Positions 24,362 to 31,556 of a stretch of 64,000 nucleotides of DNA are shown piece by piece. Every line of letters begins with the position of its first letter. Within the stretch, counting starts at the first letter, position 1. This stretch comes from Betaproteobacteria bacterium RIFCSPLOWO2_02_FULL_67_26 (lineage in GTDB: Bacteria; Pseudomonadota; Gammaproteobacteria; Burkholderiales; SG8-41): positions 6,111 to 70,110 of the forward strand of contig MERD01000069.1 of the NCBI GenBank assembly GCA_001771935.1, written 5' to 3'. The notes below the pieces were generated by a model. It saw nothing but the letters and a program-made list of their open reading frames with translations, ran no database searches and was not told the DNA's origin. A program made the position numbers and the translations under genes.

Positions 24362-25465
24362 TCAATCGGGCCGCTGCAAGTCCGCGATTACCGCGTTCAG
24401 GAAGCGCCCGGCCTCGCCGCCCGTCACCGCGCGGTGGTCGAAGGTGAGCGACAGCGGCAGCACGCGGCGCACCGCCGGCTTGTCGTCCACCACCACCACC
24501 TGCTTCGCGATCCGCCCGGCGCCGACTATCGCCACCGTGGGGGGCAGGACGACCGGGGAAGCGTAGCGCCCCGCGATCGAGCCGTAATTGGAGAGCGTGA
24601 TGCTGTTCGCGCGCAGCTCTTCCGGCGGCACCTTGCGCGCGCGGGCAGCGGCGATCAGTTTCTCCAGTGCGCCCTTCAGCTCGTCCGCGCCGCGCTCGCC
24701 GCAGTTGCGCAGCACCGGGACGAGCAGGCCGTCCGGCGTATCCACTGCAATGCCGATGTCGATCCGTTTCAGCACCCAGCGGCCGATTTTCTCGCTGTCG
24801 TACCAGGCGTTCAGCGCCGGCTCGGCCCCGCAGCCCGCCACCAGGGCCCGGATCAGCCGGAGCATGGTGAAGCTGCCCGCCGGCCACGACTCGATGTCGG
24901 CATCGTCCATGATGGTCGCGGACGCCACCTCGGCGGTCGCGAGCTCCATGTTCTGCGCCATCGCGCGCCGCACGCCCCGCATGAGCTCGATCGGCCCGAT
25001 TTCGGCGAGGATGCGCGCGGCGCGCTGAACGTCGCTCGCGGTGATCAGCCCGTCGGCGCCGGTGGGCGTGACCATCGCGAGGTCCACGGTGAGCTTGCGC
25101 GCGAGCGCGCGCACCGCCGGCGTCGCCTTGATCCCGCCGCTCACCGGCGCGGGTCCGGCGGGCGCCTCCGCCACCACCTTCTGGCCGACCTCCACCTTGC
25201 CCACTACCGTGCCCGAGTCCTGGCTGTCGCTTTCCCCCTCGTAGGCGACGAGGGGCGCGCCGATGTGCGCGATGTCCCCGGCCTTGCCGTAGAGCCTGGC
25301 GATCTTCCCGGCATAGGGGGCGGGAATATCCACCACCGCCTTGGCGGTTTCCACCGATACCATCGGCTGGTCGGACTTCACTTCATCGCCCACCGCGACG
25401 TGCCACTTCACGATCTCGGCCTCCTGCAGCCCTTCACCCAGATCCGGCAGCTTGAATATCTTCAT
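24362..25465 (-). CDS. Dihydrolipoamide acyltransferase (E2) of a 2-oxoacid dehydrogenase complex
   Basis: 367 aa. One lipoyl domain (VSVETAKAVVDIPAP), an E3/E1-binding domain (ATPAVRALARKL) and a catalytic domain (LSLTFDHRAVTGGEAGRFL). Confidence 0.9.
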   Translation of the reverse strand: MKIFKLPDLGEGLQEAEIVKWHVAVGDEVKSDQPMVSVETAKAVVDIPAPYAGKIARLYGKAGDIAHIGAPLVAYEGESDSQDSGTVVGKVEVGQKVVAEAPAGPAPVSGGIKATPAVRALARKLTVDLAMVTPTGADGLITASDVQRAARILAEIGPIELMRGVRRAMAQNMELATAEVASATIMDDADIESWPAGSFTMLRLIRALVAGCGAEPALNAWYDSEKIGRWVLKRIDIGIAVDTPDGLLVPVLRNCGERGADELKGALEKLIAAARARKVPPEELRANSITLSNYGSIAGRYASPVVLPPTVAIVGAGRIAKQVVVVDDKPAVRRVLPLSLTFDHRAVTGGEAGRFLNAVIADLQRPD

Positions 25466-25471
25466 AAGAAA

Positions 25472-25572
25472 TAGACAGGATTAACAAGATTTACAGGATG
25501 AGTTCAATACGAAAACAGCTCGGTTGGTCCTGGTATCGGTTTCAATCCTGTTAATCATGTTAATCCTGTCCA
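25472..25572. repeat. MITE-like AT-rich element with terminal inverted repeats between the E1beta and E2 genes
   Basis: GACAGGATTAACAAGATT (25474-25491) matches the reverse complement of AATCATGTTAATCCTGTC (25553-25570) at 17 of 18 positions. A nested ACAGGAT / ATCCTGT pair lies at 25493-25499 and 25545-25551. Composition is strikingly AT-rich against GC-rich flanks. Confidence 0.5.
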
Positions 25573-25577
25573 TTTTT

Positions 25578-26561
25578 TCAGGCGAAGGCGAGCGCCTTCT
25601 TCACCGCGGCAATGATCCGCGCCTTGCCCGGCATGTACCGATGCTCGAGTCGGGAATACGGCACCACCACGTCGTAGCCGGTGACGCGCTGCACCGGCGC
25701 CAGCAGGTTGAGCAGCGCTTCCTCCGCGAGACCGGCGGCGATCTCGGACGCATAGCTGCAGGTGCGCGCCGCCTCCGTCACAACCACGCAGCGCCCGGTC
25801 CTGGCAACGGAGCCCAGTATCGTGTCGAGGTCGAGCGGCTTCAGCGTCGCGACGTCGACCACCTCCGCAGACACGCCTTGCTCGGCGAGTTCGTCCGCCG
25901 CCGCCAGCGTTTCGGGCACCATCGGGCCCCAGGTGACCAGGGTGACGTCGGCGCCCTCGCGCAGCGTGAAGCAGGCATCCAATGGCGCCGCCTCGCCGTT
26001 GTCCGCGACCTCTTCCTTGAACAGGCGGTAGAGGCGGGTCGGCTCCAGGAACACCACGGGGTCGGGATCGCGGATCGCCGCCAGCAGCAGCCCGTAGGCG
26101 CGCCGCGGGGAGGACGGATAGACCACGCGGATGCCCGGGATGTGGGCGAACATGGATTCGGGGCTTTCGGAATGGTGCTCCGGTGCATGGATACCCGCTC
26201 CGCACGGCGTCCTCACTACCATCGGGCAGGAGAGCCGGCCGCGCGTGCGGTGCCGCATGCGGCCGGCATGATTGAGGATCTGGTCGATCGTGGAGTAGGC
26301 GAAGCCGGCGAACTGGATCTCGGCAACCGGTTTCAGGCCCTCGGCGGCCATCCCGATCGCCATCCCGGCGATCAGCGCCTCGGCGAGCGGGGTATCGAGA
26401 ACCCGGCCCGGCCCGAAGCGCCCGGCGAGCCCCAGCGTCGCGCGAAACACGCCGCCGTCCACGCCCACGTCCTCGCCCAGCACGACGACGCTCTCGTCGC
26501 GCTCCATTTCGCGCGCCAGGGCGAGGTTGATGGCTTCAACGAGGGTGATTTGAGCCATCAC
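25578..26561 (-). CDS. 2-oxoacid dehydrogenase E1 component beta subunit
   Basis: 327 aa. MAQITLVEAINLALAREMERDESVVVLGEDVG and FAGFAYSTIDQILNHA are typical of the transketolase-like E1beta. Overlaps the E1alpha stop by 4 nt. Confidence 0.9.
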   Translation of the reverse strand: MMAQITLVEAINLALAREMERDESVVVLGEDVGVDGGVFRATLGLAGRFGPGRVLDTPLAEALIAGMAIGMAAEGLKPVAEIQFAGFAYSTIDQILNHAGRMRHRTRGRLSCPMVVRTPCGAGIHAPEHHSESPESMFAHIPGIRVVYPSSPRRAYGLLLAAIRDPDPVVFLEPTRLYRLFKEEVADNGEAAPLDACFTLREGADVTLVTWGPMVPETLAAADELAEQGVSAEVVDVATLKPLDLDTILGSVARTGRCVVVTEAARTCSYASEIAAGLAEEALLNLLAPVQRVTGYDVVVPYSRLEHRYMPGKARIIAAVKKALAFA

Positions 26562-27622
26562 TCATCACCTAGCGCCGCTGCGCGCTGGCGCACGAATGCC
26601 GCTGGCAGTTGCGCGTAGAGGTGGTCGAACATCTGTTCCGCGGTCGGCGGCGGCGTGTCGAGGTAGGCCTGCGCCGCGGCCTGCACCTGCTCGTTGCATT
26701 CCCGGAGCAGCGCGTCTTCCTTTGCCTTGTCCCAGGCACTGTCGGCCATGAGGTAGCTGCGCAGGCGCAGGATGGGCTCGAGCTTCCACGCCTCGGCGAC
26801 TTCATCCGGGCCGCGGTAGCGCGAGGCGTCGTCCGCGGTGGTGTGGTCGGAGAGGCGGTAGGTGAGGGCCTCGATCAGCGTCGGGCCGCCGCCCGCCCGC
26901 GCTTTCGCCAGCGCCCGGTCCATGGCGTGCCGCACGGCGACTACGTCGTTGCCGTCGACCTGGATGCCCTCCATTCCGGCCGCGATGGCTTTCTGCGCCA
27001 GCGTCTGCGCTGCGCTCTGCGTTTTGCGCGGCACGGAGATCGCCCACTGATTGTTGGTGACGGCGAACACGAGCGGGAGGCGCCAGCCGCCGGCGGCGTT
27101 GAGGCCCTCGTAGAAATCGCCCTTGGATGTCGCGCCATCGCCCAGCGCGCAGACGGCGACGCGCCTCTCGCGGCGCAGCGTCATGGCATAAGCGACGCCG
27201 ACGGCATGGGTGACGTGCGCGGCAATCGTGACGCAGATGGGGAAATCCCGGCGCGGTCCGGCGTAGTCGCATCCGCGCTCGTCGCCGCCCCAATAGAGGA
27301 ACAGCTCCTTGAGGCTCACGCCGCGCATCAGCTGCACGCCGTTCTCGCGGTAGGTTGGGAGGAAAACGTCGTCCCGCTCCATGGCGGAGCCGACCCCCGC
27401 ATTGACCGCCTCGTGCCCGAGCAGCGAGGCGAACGTGCCGAGCTGCCCGGTGCGCTGCAGCGCGATGGCCTTGGCGTCGTAGGCGCGCATCAGCACCATC
27501 CAGCGGTACAGCGCCACGAGGTTGCCCGGGTCGCGCGCGAACTCCGGCAGCGGCTCGACGGCCTTGCCGTGCGGGTCGAGAAACTGCGAGTAGTGGACTT
27601 CGAATTTCGCGACGATGGACAC
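26558..27622 (-). CDS. 2-oxoacid dehydrogenase E1 component alpha subunit (TPP-dependent)
   Basis: 354 aa with a GTG start. TPP motif GDGATSKGDFYEGLNAAG..NNQWAIS. PdhA/BCKDH E1alpha-like. Confidence 0.9.
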   Translation of the reverse strand: MSIVAKFEVHYSQFLDPHGKAVEPLPEFARDPGNLVALYRWMVLMRAYDAKAIALQRTGQLGTFASLLGHEAVNAGVGSAMERDDVFLPTYRENGVQLMRGVSLKELFLYWGGDERGCDYAGPRRDFPICVTIAAHVTHAVGVAYAMTLRRERRVAVCALGDGATSKGDFYEGLNAAGGWRLPLVFAVTNNQWAISVPRKTQSAAQTLAQKAIAAGMEGIQVDGNDVVAVRHAMDRALAKARAGGGPTLIEALTYRLSDHTTADDASRYRGPDEVAEAWKLEPILRLRSYLMADSAWDKAKEDALLRECNEQVQAAAQAYLDTPPPTAEQMFDHLYAQLPAAFVRQRAAALGDE

Positions 27623-27643
27623 GCGGGCCGAAGAGGAGTTTGT

Positions 27644-27656
27644 GCTAGATTCTAGC
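27644..27656. promoter_or_regulatory. Perfect 13-bp palindrome in a divergent promoter region (candidate operator)
   Basis: GCTAGAtTCTAGC lies in the 94-bp gap between the E1alpha start (27622, minus) and the LLM oxidoreductase start (27717, plus). Confidence 0.3.
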
Positions 27657-27716
27657 CGTTATTCCCAAGACTGCCATGTCCGGCCGACCGCTGACAACTG
27701 ATTCAGGCAAGCTCCA

Positions 27717-28820
27717 ATGAAGCTCGGCTTCTTCACCATGCCCATCCACCCCGTCGAGCGCAACTATACGCAGACGCTCAAGGAGGATCGCGAAGCCGTG
27801 CTGTTGGCCGACCGGCTCGGCTACTGCGAGGCCTACATCGGCGAACACATCACCGATTCATGCGAGACGATCCCTTCGTGCCTGACCTTCATCGCAAGCG
27901 TCGCGCATGACACCAGGCAGATCCGGCTGGGCAGCGGAACCGTCAACCTTCCGAACAACCATCCCGTGCAGGTGGCCTCGCACGTGGCAATGGTGGACCA
28001 CATGCTGGAGGGACGCTTCATCTTCGGCATCGGGCCCGGCGGATTGCGTTCAGACATGGAGGTGTGCGGCAATCTCGATGCCGACCGCAATGCGATGTTC
28101 GTGGAGTCGATAGACCAGATACTGGCGATCTGGGCGGGCGACGCCCCGTACAATCTGAAGGGGCAATTCTGGAACATATCCACGGAGCGCACGCTGATCC
28201 GGGAGGTCGGCCAGGGCCTGATCCTGAAGCCGTACCAGAAGCCGCACCCCCCGATCGTCGTGACGGTCGTGGTGCCTCATTCCAAGGGACTCATGGCCGC
28301 CGCCGCGCGCGGCTGGCAGCCGATCACGGCAAACTTCCTGCCGCCGGTGTGGGCGGCGACGCACTGGCCGATGCACGTGAAGGGGTGCGCGCAGGCGGGG
28401 CGGCGAGCCGACCCGGCCGACTGGCGCGTTTGCCGCAGCATTTTCGTGGCCGACGACGACGCCGCGGCGCGCCGCTACGGCAAGAGCGTCAATGGCCCGT
28501 ACGGCAAGTACTTTCTGAACCTGCGGACCAAGCGTCTCTCGCGCGGGGCGGCCGACGTGTTCAAGCACGATCTCGCGGTGACGGACGAAGCAGTCACCAT
28601 AGACTACATGCTGGAGCACATGGCGATTGCGGGTAGCGTCAACAGCGTGGTGGACCAGCTGCTCGCTTTCCGCGAGACCGTGGGTGATTTCGGCACGCTG
28701 CTCTACTGCGGCCACGACTGGGCGGATCCGCAGCTCGCGCGCCGCTCGATGGAGTTGATGGCGGAACAAGTCATGCCCGCCGTCAACGCGGCCATCGGCT
28801 CTTCCTCCCGCGCCGCGTGA
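27717..28820 (+). CDS. Luciferase-like (LLM class) flavin-dependent oxidoreductase/monooxygenase
   Basis: 367 aa. MKLGFFTMPIHP..EAYIGEHIT..RLGSGTVNLPNNHPVQVA is typical of the LLM family (LimB-like subgroup by eye). Confidence 0.8.
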   Translation: MKLGFFTMPIHPVERNYTQTLKEDREAVLLADRLGYCEAYIGEHITDSCETIPSCLTFIASVAHDTRQIRLGSGTVNLPNNHPVQVASHVAMVDHMLEGRFIFGIGPGGLRSDMEVCGNLDADRNAMFVESIDQILAIWAGDAPYNLKGQFWNISTERTLIREVGQGLILKPYQKPHPPIVVTVVVPHSKGLMAAAARGWQPITANFLPPVWAATHWPMHVKGCAQAGRRADPADWRVCRSIFVADDDAAARRYGKSVNGPYGKYFLNLRTKRLSRGAADVFKHDLAVTDEAVTIDYMLEHMAIAGSVNSVVDQLLAFRETVGDFGTLLYCGHDWADPQLARRSMELMAEQVMPAVNAAIGSSSRAA

Positions 28821-28827
28821 CTGCGTT

Positions 28828-31533
28828 TTACGCCGCTAGCAATCCGCGTAATACGTAAGGCAGGATGCCGCCGTGCTTGAGGTAATCGACCTCGATGCCG
28901 GTATCGATCCTGAGCGTCAGCGGCACGCGCTGCTTCGCCCCGTCCTTGCGGGTGATCACGAGCGACACGTCCTGCAGCGGCTTCACGTTGCCCCCGGCTA
29001 TGCCCTCGATGTCGAAGTTCTCGGTGCCGTCGATCTTGAGCGACTGCACGCTGTCGCCCGGCTTGAATTGCAGCGGCACCACGCCCATGCCGATCAGGTT
29101 CGCGCGGTGGATGCGCTCGAAGCTCCTCACGATCACGGCTTTCACGCCCAGCAGCTGCACGCCCTTGGCCGCCCAGTCGCGCGAGGAGCCCATGCCGTAG
29201 TCCTCGCCGCCGAAGATGACGAGCGGCGTGCCCGACGCGTGGTAGAGCTCGGACGCCTCGAAAATGGTCATCTGGGCGCCATCGGGCTGGTGCTTGGTGA
29301 TCGGGCCCTCGGTGCCGGGCGCGACGGCGTTGCGCAGGCGCACGTTGGCGAAGGTGCCGCGCACCATCAGCTCGTGGTTACAGCGGCGCACGCCGAAATG
29401 GCCCCATTCCGAGGGCGGGGTGCCGAAGGGTTCGAGCCATTTGCCGGCCGGCGTGCCGGGACGGATCTTGGTCGACGGGCTGATGTGGTCCGTGGTGATG
29501 GAGTCGCCGAGGATCGCCAGCGCGCGCGCGCCCTTGATGTCGGTGACCTTGCCCGGCTCGCGGGTGACGCCGTCGAAGAACGGCGGCTCCTTGATGAAGG
29601 TGGATTTCGCATCCCACTGGTATACCGCGCCTTCGACGGTGGGGATGGCTTCCCACAGCGCCTTGGCACCCGACAGGTCGCCGTACTCGCGGCGGAAGTG
29701 CTCCGCGTTGGCGGCGAATTTCATCAGCGAGGCGACTTCCGCATCGGTGGGCCACACGTCCTTGAGATAGACAGGCCTGCCATCCGAACCGGTGCCCAGC
29801 GGATCCTTCGTGAGGTCGATGCGCACGGTGCCGGCAATGCCATAGGCCACGACCAGCGCGGGGCTGGCCAGGTAGTTGGCGCGCAGGTTGGCGTGCACGC
29901 GCGCCTCGAAATTGCGGTTGCCGGAGAGGACGGCGGCGGTGACGAGATCCTTCGACACCACGGCTTCCTCGATCCCGGCATCCAGCGGGCCGGCCGCGCC
30001 CATGCAGGTGGTGCAGCCGTAGGCGACGACGCCGTAGCCGAGCTTTTCGAGGTAGGGCAACAGGCCGGTATCGCGCAGGTAGGCGGTGACGACCTTGGAG
30101 CCCGGTGCCAGCGAGGTCTTGACGCGCGGGCTGACTTTGAGGCCGCGTTCCACCGCGCGCTTGGCCAGCAGGCCGGCCGCGATCAGCAGCGCGGGGTTGG
30201 ACGTGTTGGTGCAAGAGGTAATCGACGAGATCAGCACGTCGCCGTGTCCCACGTCGAACTCCGCATGTCCGCTGGGCACGCGGCGCGTCAGGTCGGCGGC
30301 GGGGCGGCCGTACCCGTTCTTGTCGGTGGGGGCGGAGAACAGCGCGTCGAAGCCGCGGCCGAGATCGGGCAGGTTGACGCGGTCCTGCGGGCGTTTCGGG
30401 CCCGACAGGCTCGGCACGATGCTGTCCAGGTCGAGACTGATCAGTTCGCTGTAGTCGATCTCGCCGGACTTCGGCATGCCGAACATCCCCTGGGCCTTGT
30501 AGTAAGCCTCGATGGCGGAAATCTGGGCCGGCTCGCGGCCCGTGATGCGGAAATAGTCGACGGTCTTCCCGTCAACCGGGAAGTAACCCATGGTCGCGCC
30601 GTACTCGGGTGCCATGTTGGCCACCGTGCAGCGGTCGGCGGCGGTCAGTGCGGAGGCGCCTTCGCCAAAAAACTCCACGAACTTGCCCACGACCTTGGCC
30701 TTGCGCATGAGTTCGGTGACGGTAAGCGCGAGATCGGTCGCGGTGACGCCTTCGCGCAGCTTGCCGGTCATGTGACAGCCGACCACGTCCGGGGTGAGGA
30801 AAGCGTTGGGCTGGCCCAGCATGCCGGCTTCGGCTTCGATGCCGCCCACGCCCCAGCCCACTATGCCGATGCCGTTGACCATCGTCGTGTGCGAGTCGGT
30901 CCCGAAAACGGTATCCGGGAACCAGACGCCGTCCTTCTCCCATACGCCGCGGGAGAGGTACTCCATGTTGATCTGGTGGATGATGCCGTTGCCGGGCGGC
31001 ACCACGCGCACGGTCTTGAACGCGCCCTGCGCCCACTTGACGAAGGCGTAGCGCTCGGCGTTGCGCTTGAACTCGATCTGCTGGTTGCGTTGCACCGCGT
31101 CCGGCGCGTTGTGCACGTCGATTTCCACCGAGTGGTCGACCACCACGTCCACCGGCACCAGCGGCTCGATGCGGCTCGGTGACACGCCCAGCCGGCCCGC
31201 CGCGGCGCGCATCGCGGAAAGATCGTTCAGCGTGCCGAAGCCGATCAGGTCCTGCAGCACGATGCGCACGACGATGAACGGGATTTCCGAGGTGCGCTTG
31301 CCCTTTGCCTCCCACGCCGCGAGATTGCGCACGTGTTCTTCTGTGATCATCTTGCCGTCGCAGTGGCGCACCAGCGCCTCCAGCACCACGCGGATGGAGC
31401 GCGGCAGCCGCGAGATCTTGCCGAGGCCCGCCGCCTCGAGAGCGGCGAGGGAGTGGTAGCGCCCGGTCTTGCCCGCCGTCTTGTCCAATGAGGGGCTGAA
31501 CTCGCGCAGGGTCTTGAACGCGTCTTGTGCCAT
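28828..31533 (-). CDS. acnA: Aconitate hydratase, AcnA/IRP type (paralog 2)
   Basis: 901 aa. [49 protein letters not shown] and [10 protein letters not shown] are all present. Confidence 0.9.
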   Translation of the reverse strand: MAQDAFKTLREFSPSLDKTAGKTGRYHSLAALEAAGLGKISRLPRSIRVVLEALVRHCDGKMITEEHVRNLAAWEAKGKRTSEIPFIVVRIVLQDLIGFGTLNDLSAMRAAAGRLGVSPSRIEPLVPVDVVVDHSVEIDVHNAPDAVQRNQQIEFKRNAERYAFVKWAQGAFKTVRVVPPGNGIIHQINMEYLSRGVWEKDGVWFPDTVFGTDSHTTMVNGIGIVGWGVGGIEAEAGMLGQPNAFLTPDVVGCHMTGKLREGVTATDLALTVTELMRKAKVVGKFVEFFGEGASALTAADRCTVANMAPEYGATMGYFPVDGKTVDYFRITGREPAQISAIEAYYKAQGMFGMPKSGEIDYSELISLDLDSIVPSLSGPKRPQDRVNLPDLGRGFDALFSAPTDKNGYGRPAADLTRRVPSGHAEFDVGHGDVLISSITSCTNTSNPALLIAAGLLAKRAVERGLKVSPRVKTSLAPGSKVVTAYLRDTGLLPYLEKLGYGVVAYGCTTCMGAAGPLDAGIEEAVVSKDLVTAAVLSGNRNFEARVHANLRANYLASPALVVAYGIAGTVRIDLTKDPLGTGSDGRPVYLKDVWPTDAEVASLMKFAANAEHFRREYGDLSGAKALWEAIPTVEGAVYQWDAKSTFIKEPPFFDGVTREPGKVTDIKGARALAILGDSITTDHISPSTKIRPGTPAGKWLEPFGTPPSEWGHFGVRRCNHELMVRGTFANVRLRNAVAPGTEGPITKHQPDGAQMTIFEASELYHASGTPLVIFGGEDYGMGSSRDWAAKGVQLLGVKAVIVRSFERIHRANLIGMGVVPLQFKPGDSVQSLKIDGTENFDIEGIAGGNVKPLQDVSLVITRKDGAKQRVPLTLRIDTGIEVDYLKHGGILPYVLRGLLAA

Positions 31534-31556
31534 GTCGTCTTCTCTCTATTTCGTGA

